Shown: piece by piece, positions 24,793 to 39,481 of the stretch | Layout of the letters: each line of letters starts with the position of its first letter | Numbering within the stretch: the stretch's first letter is position 1 | Source: Camelus ferus | Lineage: Eukaryota | Length of the DNA stretch: 64,000 nt | Assembly (NCBI RefSeq): GCF_009834535.1 | Contig: NC_045697.1 | Location: 69,070,001 to 69,134,000, forward strand | Direction of reading: 5' to 3' | Position numbers and translations under genes: made by a program | The notes under the pieces: generated by a model | Told to the model about the DNA's origin: nothing | The model's database searches: none | Seen by the model: the letters and a program-made list of their open reading frames with translations, nothing else

Positions 24793-27169
24793 TCATTAAC
24801 TTTTTTTGAAAAATTTAACATTTAGAATCCTGAACCTGTATTTCTATTGGTGACAATCAATTATAGTTGTCCTTTAGGCAGGGTATAAGGTCCTTGATTC
24901 ATTACTTCTTCCTGTTATCTTAAATCCTACAAATTTCACTCAGTACTCTATTTAACTCTTGAAAGTATTTAAATTTGCAATGTCTGAGATTTCTGTTACA
25001 GCTTTTGAATTACTAAAGAGTTAATTGTATTCAAGATTGTGGTAAAATTGAACTTTTACTACTGTTTGAAAATTAATACAGTTATTTTAAAATTAAGAAG
25101 TTATTGTGAAAATTAAATCATACAACTAGTCAAGACCAAACTTAATTACTTATGACATATCTGGTCATCAGTGATGGTTAAACTGAATATTCAGTTGACC
25201 AGAATGATATCAGAAATCAAAGAGATAGAGGATAGAATTTCTGCTCTTCCAAAATTTGTTTACTGTAGCCTTTGGCAAGTTAGGTAAGCTCTTTAAATCC
25301 CCGTTTCATACATATCCTTATCATTATTATTGAATAAGAACAAAGAATAGATTTCAAATTAAAATAGAAGGGGATGCCCATTTCTTAGGGAACTAATACA
25401 AATTATCATATAGAAACCTTCAAGCTCAGTTACCTAATGAAGACCTACTATCCCCAAACCAAGACTGTTGTATTTTTCCTTTCTTCTTTGGCTCCTGAGC
25501 ATTAAATACACTTTCTAGGGAAAATGATGGCATGGCATTTTAAAAAGTCATCAAAGTGCAATAAGGCTGCTAGATAAATTGTTTGAGAGAACATTATTTT
25601 CTTATATATTAGAAAGTATTTTCTAACATGTAAGAACTATATAAAATTAAAATAATTATATAAAAAGAATTACATAAAAATCATATAATTTTAAATTATG
25701 CAAAACAATTTAAAATTTAAATTATTTTTTACATTATATAAAAATAATTAAATAAAACAATTTCAAATAACTAGTAAGTACCCCAGATTTATGGGAGGGG
25801 TCTTAATTTTTACAGTCAGGGAAGGAATATAACCAGCAATCTTTCTACTTTAACAGAAAATTGTTTTCAAAACTGTGAAAGGGTCACATCATCTAAGATT
25901 GTTTTTAATAAGAAATTTGTTAAGTTGTAAAAACTATTTCCTTTAACTCTTCTGAAAAATATTCCCCTTTGAAGATTACTCATGTAACTCCATTGTGAAA
26001 GATGAGATTGATTGATCATTATAAGAAAGTAAAACTGAGTTGTTATTTTTATGCATCATAGAAATATAAATGTTGGTTTATCTTTAAAATTAAAAGCTAT
26101 AGTTGGCCTCAAAAATAAAATCAATTAGAACAAAGAAAATTTATATGACCTGATTAACTTAATTTCCTGTTAGTTGCAAGAACACATTTTTGGGGAAGGT
26201 GGTGTTAAGCTCCCAGAAGAAATAACTGTCTACTGCGTCACATTTCTGGCTTTTATATAGTTTGTACAAAGCACCATCAGTCAAGTCAGAAATACAAGAC
26301 TACACATTACAGAAAGTAATAAGATAAGTAGTGCAAATAGTCACTTTTTTTTTTTTTTTTTGCTTTTGAAAAGCTTAACTTGTACGTAAAGAATAATATG
26401 AAAGAATGGGTAATAGAAACAGATAAGGCCATAATTCAGATTCTAGAAAAAGAGAAAACATGCCCTCTCCTAAGAATTTAAATGATAGGATAGATCATAT
26501 TTACCCTTTCAGCACCTAGTACAACTTCTCTGGAAATACAAGTGCCCATTACTTATAATGATCTGGAAAATTTTTCATAGAATTTATTTATTCCATTAAA
26601 CACTTAGTTGTACTAAACCGCATTGTAATACCCTTGAGATGCTATGGCAGAGATTACTCCCTTGTACATTTCATTGTGATTTTCTCTCTTTTCTTTTGGT
26701 CACATATTAAGATAAATAGACAGTTGTTAGCTAGTACAACTATCTAACATAGTTGAGTTATAAGTTCATTCTTGAAGAGCTTACATCTATATAAAGCAAG
26801 ATTCAGGTAGTCCCTTCTTTGCACAGCTCTGATATGCATGAGATCTGCCTGAGGTTCACTTAAGGCAGTGCTGTGCAGATTGCTATCTGGATGTATCCCA
26901 ACTTTGGCACTTAACTTTCTGCGTAAGTTATTCAGCTTCTGAATTCAACTTTCTCATCTGTTAAAATACAGATCATAGTAACATCTATTTCACAAGGTAG
27001 TTGTAAATATTATATAACATAATAATCATATAAATTTAAATTTCTATTTCCAAAGTTGAAAATATAATCATTTTGGAGAGACTTTATCTTGTATTCAGAG
27101 TTAAAACCAAACATTGTAATGCTGTTTGTTGTATTATTTTAACCAAATTATGTAGTAAATATTAAGTTA

Positions 27170-27720
27170 CTGGAGCAGATTATGCTTTCCAAAGATGGCC
27201 ACAACAATATCTCTTGGCCCCACATACATTCTTCTAAAGCTTGCCGCTCTCCATTGAGAGTTGAGGAATTTTCTTCCTGTTGAATCTGAGCATGCTTGTG
27301 ACTCAGTTGTAACCAGAAGGCAGCAGAAGTGATGCTGTGATTTCCTAGGCTCAGTAGTAGAAAGCAGTGTTGCTTCTACCTTGTTTGTTGGAACATTGGT
27401 CTGCTTGGGGCCCTGAGAAGCCTAAGAGCCTACAGATGCCATGCTGTAAGGAAGCCAGGCCACGTGGAGAGGCTTCAGGTGTCAGGTCTCAGGTCAGCAA
27501 TCTTAACATTCGGGTCCTTCCAGACCAGTCACCAGACATGTGGGTGAATGAACCATCCTTTGAGACTGCGTTGAGGCCCAAGACCTTGTGGAGCAGACAC
27601 AGGCCATCCTCAGTGTGCTCTATGAATTCCTGGTTCATGGAATCTATGAGCACAATATTTTGGCCTTTGTTTTATGCCAGTAAATTTGGGGTGGTTTGTT
27701 ATGTAACAATATTTGAAACA
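27170..27720 (+). mobile_element. MaLR LTR (MLT1E/F-like)
   Basis: ccaaagatggccacaac, gccatgctgtaaggaagcc and ttggggtggtttgttatgtaacaata motifs. Confidence 0.7.
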
Positions 27721-28887
27721 GTTGTAAAGCCTGAAAGATACATTGTCTCAGTAAGAAATAGATTGCTGTTAAAACTCATCAAAGTGGGAACCACCTGCTG
27801 AATAAATGTTTACTGAGTTTTTCTTTAATTTGAAATGAAGATAGCCTAACAGAGAATTTTTTTCTAGTAAGCATTTCCCTATGGTTTATTTAATTGTTCT
27901 TTTTGTGACATTAATTCCCTTGAAGAAGTATTTGTTGACTGTCTTGGCTACCAGAAAAGAAATATGCATGTTTTAACAGTATTATAGGTTTCACTGTAGC
28001 TTTCCCACAAACTTTACCTGTTTGGCTGATAAAAAAAAAAATCAGTGACTACTCTTAAGTTAATAAGGATAGTTACCACTAAAAATTATGTATTAGTTTT
28101 CAAAACCTAACAGCCTAATAAAACCTCATAGGAACAGAGGAATATCAACACTCATCTCTCCAAATGAAAATTTAGTTTTTATCCCTGATGTTAATTTTAA
28201 TGTTAATCTTACAATAATAAGCTCATATTAGTATATTTGGCAAAATTATTTGAATCTGAATCTTTCCTATCACTTTTGGAAACCAGTGGGTTTTTTAAGT
28301 TTATTACCACTGTGTCATGTAATAATACTTTGTCATGTGATTATCAAGGGATTTCAGATATATAGCGGTTATAATACAATGATTCTAATAATAATGGACA
28401 CTTTATTAAGATTATTACCATGGGAAAGGTAATTACTACTGTAGTAACAGTTGAATTGATTATGCCTTAAAGTTTGTGTGTGTATGTGTTTTTAAGTACA
28501 AATAATTGCATACATACACGCAGAATGCTCTGGAAGGAGACATAAGAAAATGTTAACATTGATTGCTCCTGGGAGTGAATTGGGACATGTGAAGGTGATG
28601 GCCACCAAAATAAAATTAAAACAAAGAAAAGAAAGTTTTTTTCTGCTTTGCAAACTGTGTTGTATTCATCTTTGTATCTTTAGCACTTAGTGTGGTGGTT
28701 GGTGCTTGTTAGGCACTTAGTTCATATTGTTGGATGAATAAAAGTTTGAGATTATCTTCTTAATCTTTATTCACCTGATACATAGAATTCATGATCTGAT
28801 AGATTATGATATTGTTCACTGAAAGGGCTAATATTCTTAGTCTTTTCTTGCTTAACCCCTCATTTTTCTAAGCTGACATCTGATATC

Positions 28888-29241
28888 TGTATCAGTCTAG
28901 GACCAATCAGGATACAAACCACATAATGTTAAATATATATATATATATTCTGACAAGAAGTATGAGGTCTGTAGATCATAGAACAGAGTTTATTACTCAT
29001 AGAACATCTGAATACTGGTTACCCTGTACATGTAGCAGATAGGACTTTTAAGAGAGGTATCCTAAAATTAAGACACTGAGAGCTTATATTGGGTTGCTGG
29101 CACATGTGCCATCCAAGGAACACATGCATATCCCTCTTATCTTTGCTCTTTAATTAAACAAATCCTCCCTAGGGAAGGGGATGGCATCTCTAGGTTTGCT
29201 ACCCTAAAAGTAAACTAAAAGCAAATCTCTTGAAAGAAGAG

Positions 29242-29277
<36 letters not shown>

Positions 29278-30150
29278 CCCAGAATGTCTCCAGGGTGGGA
29301 GACTTACCTTTATTATAGGTTATCAATTTCCTTTGCTCAGAGGGCCCCAGCAGTGCAGAAACACCAAGAAATCCAGGGAGAATTATCTTTCAACACACAG
29401 GGGGCATTGAATATAAAAATTATTAAGCAATAATTGGAGAGTAACTTTAAAGGTAGACAGCAGACTCTAAAGTGTTTGGTACAGGAGTATCCAAGGAAGG
29501 ATAGACTTCCTTGGAAGTGTGGGTTCTCATTAAATAAGTATCACTTCAGTTCTCCTGATGGCGTAGAAGTTCGCTGGGTTGCTGGGGACTGACCCGGTTC
29601 ACAGTCACTAGGCCTGCAGGAACAGCTCTTTGGAGAACAAGCAAGCTGAGATTGATGGGTGACACGCAGACAATTGGGCATGCAGAAGCACCCCTGCCGG
29701 TGCTGCTAGAACCTTGAGCTGGAGAGGCCCTCTTCTGCACAAACCCAGCACACTTCTGTGTACAATTTGGGATAAAGTGGCTCTAGATGGCCAGCCCCAC
29801 AGGGCTTCTGGCATGCACACTTCAGGGCTGAGGATATGGTGTGGGAAGCACTAACCTGGGCGGGGATGCAGACTTCAGTTGTGTGGAGCTGTTGTATACA
29901 GTGCTGCTGCCTAAATTGAGAGCTGGAGAAAATGTATGGTGAAGTCTATGCATTTGATACTGGAGAAGACTCTGCAGGCTGAGCAGGAAGGAGAGCACCT
30001 TTCTCTTCAGTGCTATCCATTGTCCTCTACAGACAAAGCTTGGATCATGCCATCTGGCAAAGGAAAAATATTTAAAGGGCCCAGATTCATTTTCACAGAT
30101 TAGACAATAAGAGTGAATTTGGAGCTGAGAGACAAATATGTTGATAACTG
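28888..30150 (-). mobile_element. Old ERVL-type LTR containing a nested LTR (MER54/MER74-like, ~28950-29394)
   Basis: The outer element begins tgtatcagtctaggaccaatcagga. The inner one ends ...ccagggagaattatctttcaaca, the reverse complement of a TGTTGGGAGACAATTCTCC-type start. Family calls are tentative. Confidence 0.5.
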
Positions 30151-33100
30151 ACTTAATGTTGCTTTATCCTGTTGCTTGAATTTTATTCCTTTTAAATTAA
30201 TGGCTACATCATAGCTTTAAGTAAGGAGATTATCATGTTTTCTGTTTTATATCTTTAATTTTTATCTAAATTCTCTTTTGTTGTATCTTGACCCTCAAGT
30301 TCCTTTTTGCTTTCTGTAGCAGTATCCTGGGAAAATATTTCCTTTGTGGGTTCATAAGTTATAGTTTGGGCAGTATAATTTTTATTAGATTTTTAAAGTT
30401 CTTAATATATTCCTTAATATATGCCTGTGTTAAACTCATCTGTCACATTTACAACTACTTGTGTATATATTGTTTTTCTCTGGTTGGCATTTTATTACAC
30501 AGAAAAGTTGGTGTTGCCTAAAAGTTTAAAATTTCAGTATATATTATCTCTTCCTTGTATTTATTAGGTTACTAAGTGAGACTATTTGCTTTGTACCAAT
30601 CTTAATGAAATACTTCTTTATATATTTCTCTAGGTAAAGTTCCATTTATGTAGGTCTTTTATGTCAGTCTTTAATTTAGGTCTCTATTATTACAAAGCAT
30701 TATAACATAGGGTCTTTACTTCTTTCTTCATCTTTATAGTTGATTAGTCATAGCTTTAAGTATGTTCTGGTGAAGAATCCTGCTCAAGACTGTTTGGAAG
30801 TATAAGTAGATGTCTCGCAAACACTTCTGCTTATCTACCTTATATAGCCTTTAGAAATTCCCATATATTTATGCAGACTTTCCTCTTACTGAAATTATGG
30901 TATCTGTCTCTTGTCTGATCTTCCTCCCCTTCCCCCGTCAGACGTATCCTAAAATCCAGGCAAAGCTTGGAAGCAGAATATCTATTACTCTTGAATCTAA
31001 GTGCCAGGAGCTAAAGCATTGTAGCACTCCCTTGAGTCGTGTCCTGGAGGAGTAAAAGGTCACAGCTATGATATTAAACAAGATCAATGTACTATTTAAA
31101 GGGACTAAATGGAGTATGAGAGCCTGAAGATAAATGGGGCCTGAGAAACTGGGAAATACAGGATAATAAGTAAACTGATAAAACTTTGTTCCAAAGAATC
31201 CTAGTGATAGAATACTGACACCGTGAGGACTCAGTTGGTTTGCAGGCACGTACCAGGTATAAGGAGCTGGAGCAGGGCAAATACATTTCAAGTAGTTCTT
31301 TTTATGTTTAGAGAGTTTCTCTTTTGTTATGCACTCAATTAGCTTACCTGTATAGAAGTGAAATTTGAAAATACATCGTTTCTACTTTCCAGCATCTTCT
31401 GGAACTCTTTCACAGAGATCATTCCAACATTCTACACAGAAGCTGTTGGTAATGACAAATGAAACATTTTCACCAACATTGTTCTAGTATAATTCTTCAG
31501 TGTCTTTAAAATTCTTTGACAAATGCTATCATGCTGTGTAGACTTAATCTACATTGACTTTCTAAGTTGGCTTACAATATCCTGGATGTTGACCCCTGTT
31601 TGGTATGATAGCATTTAAAATCTTTCCATTAGGGGATTCTTGAGGAGAAGAAATTACCTTGCTATTTTTCTTGGTCAGTTATGGGTCAAAGAATTAGTTA
31701 AGCCTGGATCTCAATATAAATCATTCTCTAATTTAAAAAAAGCTGATGTATTAACATATTAGCAATTTGTGTCATATTACATGCTAAAGGTATATTTGAC
31801 AGCTATAAAACAGTGAAATAATTCTTGAACTCTATGTGAAAAGGTCTTTTGGCATTGTGTGAAATAAAAATTTTACAAACTGTATCTTGCTGTTAACCGT
31901 TATGCTTTAATCTTGTCGTTGTGAAGATCATCTAACAGACATGACAGGTTAAACTGCAGTGTTTCTGGTTCAAACTAAAATAGACTTTAACCCCGTTTAA
32001 GAATGAATGAAAAGTGATTGTTCGAAACGTTTTTATTCAATTTCTAAACTAATTAAAAAGAGAAGAAAACTTGCCATGAAATATATCATTGTTTTTAGTA
32101 TAACATCTAAATAAAAATATTTCTTAATCATGGCAAGTTTACACCATAATTTGTAATAAAAGATGCAAATGCAAGTAAACTCAGTAAGGTCGGTTTTCAG
32201 GATCTATTAAGTTTCTTCTATAGGAGAGCAGTGTCAGTATCCTAGAAGAATCTCCTGTCCTACAAGAATTTTCTATCTAATAGTAGAAATAAAGAGTTTT
32301 ATGGACTCAGGACTATAAAACTAGCAAAGTGAAAAATACAGAAGAAGTAGAACTGTGTAATTGTTTATAAAAATGATTTCTTAAATAGATTTGTGAACTT
32401 GATTATGAAAAATACTGGGATTCATCTACTTAGCATATACTTCAAACTGTTGATGCATAGAAAAAGTTTGATTAAATTCATCTAAGCCCTTATATTTTTA
32501 TGGACTCTTAAGTTAGTAATCTTGCTTCAAGTGAGGGAGGAAGTAATGTGAGATGTGTAATTACAGCCATCTTGTGGAATGAAAGAGGCATATTCAGTAG
32601 ATAGATGCATACTAATTGGCAAATGGGCACAGAGTTATGGTGTCATTGCAACCTGGAGTAGCATATTGAGAGAGAACCCATGAGTATGAAGAGTTATGAT
32701 AACATGTTAAAGTAATTAATGAATTAAGATAAAATTGGGAGTGTAATATTTTTGAAATTTATTTTGGAGTTCTTTCCTTAAGTAGAACAGTTTCTTATGT
32801 CTTCATTTGTTTCCCTCTAAATATTAAAACTATTTCTAATTCTCTAAGTATTTCCTGAAATGCTACTGAAAACAAATACTGCAACAGATGCACTTTGAGC
32901 CGTTAAATTTCTGCTCAGGGATCTCTTTTCCCAGTCAAGTGTATATGTGTTCAGTAAACATTTAGTATTTAGGTAGTCACATTTTATCCAAATTAAGGCC
33001 TAAAAAGTGGCAGTTCTTTACATTGATAGGTAGATAGCCGGATGGATAAAGGAAGTTATCTATCCAGCTGAACAAAGGAAGGAAGGACAGAAGGAAAGCT

Positions 33101-35758
33101 AGTATACCATTCTAATACTCTGGTGAACGTGTATGTATTATCCGCAGAGAGAAGAGGTCTCCAGGCAAAACCAAGGTCATGCCAATATTAAAGGGGCAGA
33201 AAGAGAAGACGACGACCAAGGACAAATGTTCAGAGACTGGGGTTCTAAAGTAAAGAGAAGGAGAAAGAGTCTGTTGCTGTAAAGATAGTAGATAAGAGAA
33301 TTAAGAAGAGTCCATTGGATTTGTCAAGATACCATTTATTAAGACCTTTGCTAGACTGATTTTGATAGAGCTTTAGAGGACTTGGTTAGATTGTGGTTTT
33401 TAGAGTGATTAAGTGGTTACAAAGTAGGAGACAGAATTAATGACCAGAGTCAACTTTGCTTTAACTTTTTGAAGATGTCATGTGTTCTTTCACAAGACAA
33501 GCTAGACCATATGCTAACATATAGGGAAGAAATTCTTTTAAGAAAAGAAATTTTATTTTAGTTAATATTTCTTAGTATAGAACCTAGTACTAGAAAATTA
33601 TCCTCTACATTGCTCTACTCCCCACCATCCAAAAGCTGAGAAATTTTCTATTAGAACAATTACAATGTCTTAAATCATAAGTAAATATAAAACGCAGAAA
33701 TCCGGATTTACACACAAAAATTTGGATGGTAAGGACTCACTACTAAGACATACTGTCAAGGTTTGAGGGAGTCCAAAAATAATACTCTCTGTTCCTTACC
33801 CAAGTTCAGAATCACTGGAAATACAAACAGATGAGTTCTCTGGTGGAATTCAAAGGAACTGCTTTAAAATTGATAAAGTCTAGAGTGAAGGACAGGGCTT
33901 ATTTGTGTATCACAAACGAACTGCTAATACTTCAGGGCTGAATTAGATATATTTACTAAGCTTGTTGTCACTGGTGCAGCTTGACAGCCAAAGATTGGGA
34001 GGAACAGAGAGTTCTTGCCTCTCCTAAAAGATCAGGAACCCAGAAGGGGCTGAGCCATGCATATCCAGTTCTCTCTCAACTTACTTATCAGACAAATCAT
34101 TCCTCTCTAGGAGAATGGAGGTAGCAGTTGCCAAGTGAGGAAGCAGAAATGACCAGTAGTGTTAACCATAATAGAAATTCCTCCAAAAGGAAGCTTGAAG
34201 TAGGAAAGGGGTTACTGCCCTAATCATTTTATTCTCCAATATGCTCTTTTAAAATTGAGGTATAATTCGCACAAACTAAAATGCACAGATTTTAAATGTA
34301 CAGTTTGATGAGCTTTGACAAAGGTATGCACTCATGTAATCACTATTCCAATCAAGATACCAACATTCTAGCCCTTTGTAAACTGATTCACAGTAAGATT
34401 TCTTTAAGTACTAACCTGTTAATTCATTTAAAATGCTTAAAAACATTAAATTTGTAATAATTTTGTTGACAGCTTTGGTTGTCTCTAGATGAAGATGTTA
34501 ATGAACTTTTCCTAAGAAGATCTCACATCATTAATAGGCATATAATTATTTCTGTGGAGAGACTGAATGATTTTTTTTTTACTTATTAGAAATCTTTTAA
34601 AAATGAGATGTTCTATGTAGTTTTCAGTTATATATTTTATATTCTTAAATACTTTAAGTTGGCTTTGTTGATGTCTTCCTATCTTAAAATATAAAGTTCT
34701 GTATTTATAGTTCTGATAATATGGAGTACTTAGTGTAGGTGCTTAACAAGTGATGTTTACCTTCCCTTCCCTGTTGATACACTTTGGCTTATAAGTGTGT
34801 GATGCAAAGGATAGTACCTAGACAGCTTTCTGCAAATGAGGAATTCATTCCCATATTTATTTAGTTAACTTAAACATTGGGTACCTCCTGTGTGCCAGGT
34901 AATACGTATAGTGCAATGACTATAATTAATGAAGTGCCCCATACAGTACAGTAGGGGAGCGTATATTACCAATTTAAAAAAGAATATATAATTACAAATT
35001 GTGAATAGTGCTGTGAAGGATGGACACAGTGATAGAGAATGACCCTGGAGGGCTAAAAAAGAGGAGGACTTAGAATGAGCAAAGATCTGGGGTCTCTGGA
35101 GTGGTGACATCTAGGATGAGACTTGATGAGAAAGGGATGTCAAGCAAGAAGCATTGGGGATAGAATGAAGGAATTGTTTACATAAACAATATAAATAAGT
35201 TTTAACTGCTTTTTATTACTTGATGAGTGATAGTTTTGATGAATTGTTATAATTTGACTAACATTGTGTCTTGCTTTTTCCTCAGTGTTGTGATAGTTAC
35301 TTTTTATTACTTTTAATAATATGAATTTAGATAGTATACATTATTAATACTATATTTCAGAAAAGTCAACCTAATATCCACTTAATAAGTTTGAACAAGT
35401 ATAGCTGAGATATGATGCCCTATAACTTCTTAGTTAATAGAAGATAATATGGATATGGTTTTTTTTCCCTCTGGGGAAAAAAAATTCAATTTCTCAACAC
35501 TATTTAGGCCCTCTTAAGAAAATAAATATTAGTCTTGGTTTGAATGACAACCTGGGTAGATTTAGGATTACTAGATAGTCACAAGTTGTACTAGGCATCG
35601 CTAGAGCACGTTAGTATTATTTAATGTAAATTTTAAAGTCTACTTTTTCTTGGGTTAACATAGAAAGTAAATTAGCACTCATAACGGGAGTCCATTATAT
35701 TTCAGAATTGTCATGAGCTGGCAATGTACAAAAGTCTATTAAAATTTATACCTTACTT

Positions 35759-35903
35759 AAAAAAATTTTTTTTTGAGAGGGCAGAATTAGGTTTACTTTA
35801 TTTATTTGTTTATTTTAATGGAGTACTGGGGATTGAACACAAGACCTTGTGCATACTAAGCACCCACTCTACCACTGAGCTACATTTCCCTCCCCGCCCC
35901 TCC
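35759..35903 (-). mobile_element. tRNA-derived SINE, same family
   Basis: Reverse complement of the 7775 element (gtactggggattgaac...ctctaccactgagcta). TSD ttataccttactt / ttacaccttactt (35746-35758 / 35904-35916). Confidence 0.85.
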
Positions 35904-37183
35904 TTACACCTTACTTTGAAGTAAGAAAATGCCTGAAATTCTAATATGAGAGCAGCAATCCCAGGGGTTCTTGGTATCCTATTAGGGTGTCCATGAGGTC
36001 AAAACTGTTTGCATAGTATCATCAAGACTTTTTTTTTTTTAATCTTTTTCACTGTGTTGACATTTGCACTGACAGTGGTGCAAAAGGAACTTTGGGTAAA
36101 AAACTTCCAGTACTTCAGTATGTGTGAATCAGGCTAGTAGTAACACCAAGCTGTTGTATTCTTTCCCATCATATACTTGAGGTAAAAAGAAAAAAAAATA
36201 CCGGTTTCACTTAAGAATGTCCATGGTGAAGTGAGGGGAAAAAATGTTGTTAAAACTCTCAACCTTTTTGTACACATTTTAAAAATATACTGTATGATGA
36301 AAGGGGAAGTACATATAAAACATTTTCATTGTGTTGTAAAATCTGATGGCTGTTTTGAAGAAAAGCACTTGTGCAGCCTTTTGAGTAGTGAACTGACTGA
36401 GGTACTTTTTTTTCATGTAATAACATGTTTTTAATAACTGAGAGACAAACTGACTTCATATTTGGCAGATATTTTCTCATAAATGAATGAGAATAATTTG
36501 TTGTTTAAAGAAGACAATTGACAGTATTTGTTGCTGGTGATAAAATTAGAGTTTTTAAGATAAAATTAGAATTTTGGAAGACTTGTATCACCTTGAACTT
36601 ACAGCATCCCAGTACTTAGTCTTTAAATAAGTTAACTGATATTAACAAACATGATATTTTAAATCAGTACAAGGAAATGTGTCAGTCTTTGGAAGATATA
36701 CACAGCTCCATGACTTAATTTTTTAAATGACCAGTGCATTGATGATAAATGAATGCATGCATAAAAGATTCAAAGAGCAAAAGAGCAATGAATTTTCCTG
36801 TAACAGTTGGCAATGCTCATTGATACTGTTTAAGATTTCACATGGCAACTAACCTTTGAAAAACTACCAGTTGTCAAGTTTTGGTGTAGTATCAGAGAAA
36901 ATCCACGATTATCTGAAAAGGCTGTTAAAATACTCTCCTGTCTTCCAACTATGTGTATGTGTGAAGTTGAACTTTTCATCTACTCAACCAAAATAACAAA
37001 TTATAAAAAATTCAGTACAGTAGCATATCTGAGAATACAGTTTTCTTCTATCAAGGCAGACATTACAGAAATTTGGCAAAATATAACATAATGCTACTCT
37101 TTTCAGTTATTGGGCTTTGAAATATAGTTATTTTTATTAGAAACTTAATTATAACAGGTAATGGTTTTATAATTGTTAGTTTT

Positions 37184-37380
37184 TTTGTACATTTTTTAAT
37201 TGAAGTATAGTCAGTTTACAATGTGCCAGTTTCTGGTGTTCAGCATAATGCTTCAACCATACATGCACATACATACATTTATTTTCATATTCTTTTTCAC
37301 CATAAATTACCACAACATATTGAATATAGTTCCCTGTTCTATACAGTATGAACTTGTTGTTTATTTTATATATATGTTAG
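37184..37380 (-). mobile_element. Short L1 3'-end fragment
   Basis: tttttaattgaagtatagtcagtttacaatg L1 3' terminus with a perfect 16-bp TSD tataattgttagtttt (37168-37183 / 37381-37396). Confidence 0.85.
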
Positions 37381-37490
37381 TATAATTGTTAGTTTTAAAT
37401 GAATTATTAAAATGAATATTTGAAAGTCTCAGCTTTAATTTTTAGTATGTTAAATATCAATAGAAATAATTGACGTAAAAAGAGCTCTTT

Positions 37491-39481
37491 TATACATGAT
37501 GCTATACACAGAAAATCCTAAAGGCACCATCAGAAAACTACTAGAGCTCATCAATGAATTTAGTAAAGTTGCAGGATACAAAGTTAATATATAGAAATAT
37601 GTTGCATTTCTATATGCTAGCACTGAACTGTCAGAAATAGAAATTAAGAAAACAATCCCATTTACCATCACATCAAAAAGAATAAAATATCTAAGAATAA
37701 ACAAGCTAAAGCGGTAAAAGATCTATACTCAGAAAACTATGAGACACTGATGAAAGAAATTGAAGACACAAACAGATGGAAAGATACATTGTGTTCTTGG
37801 ATTGGAAGAATTAGTATTGTTAAAACGACCATACTACCCAAGGCAGTCTACAGATTTAATACAATCCCTGTCAAAATACCAAGGGGATTTTTCACAGAAC
37901 TAGAACAAATAATTTTAAAATTTGTATGCAAACACAAAAGACCCTGAATAGACCAAAAATCTTGAGAAAGAAGAACAGATCTGGAAGAATGATGCTCCTT
38001 GACTTCAGACTACACTACAAAGTTACAGTAATCAAAACGGGTACTGGCACAAAAATAGACTTATAGACCATTGGAACAAGATAGAGAGCCCAGAACTAAA
38101 CCCATGCACTTATGGTTGATTAATCTATGACAAAGGAGGCAGAATATACAATGGAAAAAAGACAGTCTCTTCAATAAGTGTTGCTGGGAAAACTGGACAG
38201 CTACATGTAAAAGAATGAAATTAGAATATTCTCTAACACCATATACAAAAGTAAACTCAAAATGAATTAAAGACCTAAATGTAAGACTGGATATTATAAA
38301 ACTCCCAGAGGAAAACATAGGCAGAACACTCTTGGACATAAATCGCAGCAGTATTTTTCAAACCAGCTCCTAGAATAATGGCAATAAAAGCAAAAATAAG
38401 CAAATAGGACCTAATTAAACTTAAAAGCTTTTGCACATCCAAGGATACCATAAACAAAATTAAAAGACAACCTACAGAATGGGAGAAAATATTTGCTAAT
38501 GATATGAGCAATAAAGGGTTAATAACCAAAATATATAAACATCTCATACAGCTCAACATCAGAAAAACAAACAATCTGATTAAAAAATGGGCAGAAGACC
38601 TGAATAGACATTTTTCCAAAGAGGACATGCAGATGGCACATGAAAAGAAGCTCAACATCATTAATCATCAGGGAAATGCAAATCAAAACCACAGTGAAGT
38701 ATCACCTCATACCTGACAGAAGGGCTATCATCAAAAAGAACATAAATAACAAATAATGGCTGAGATGTGGAGAAAAGGGAACCCTTGTACACTGTTGGTG
38801 AGAATGTAAATTGATCCAGCCACTGTGGAAAACACTATCGAGGTTTCTCAAAAAAACCAAAAATAGAACTCTGATATAACCTAGCAATTCCAGTCCTGTC
38901 TGGAAAAACCAAAACACTAATTGGAAGAGATACATGCACTCCAATGTTCATAGCATTTTTTGCAGTTGCCAAGTTATGAAAGCAGCCTAAGTGTCCATCA
39001 ACAGATGAATGGATAAAAAAGAGGTGGCATACATACACAATGAAATACTACTCAGCCCATAAAGAAGAATAAAATCTTACTGTTTGCCACAACATGGATG
39101 TACCTCAAGGGTATTATGCTAAATGAAATAAGTCAGACAGAGAAAGACAAATACTGTATATCACTTATATGTGGAATCTAAAAAATACAATAAACTAGTG
39201 AATAAAGCAAAAAAGAAACAGACTCACAGATATAGAGAACAAACTAGTGGTTATCCGTGGGAAGAAAGAACAGGGAAGGGACAACATAGCGGTAGGGGAT
39301 TAGGAAGTACAAACTATTATATATAAAATAAGTTACAAGGATATATTGCATAACATAGGAAGTGTAGCCAATATTTTATAATAACTGTAAATGGAACATA
39401 ACCTTTAAAAATTGTGAATCACTACATTGTACACTTGTAACTTATAGTGTACATCAACTGTACTTCAGTAAAAAAATTTTT
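37491..39481 (+). mobile_element. 5'-truncated LINE-1 (3' part of ORF2 + 3'UTR)
   Basis: ORF2 peptides such as [17 protein letters not shown] and [15 protein letters not shown], frameshifted. 12-bp TSD aaagagctcttt (37479-37490 / 39482-39493). Confidence 0.93.
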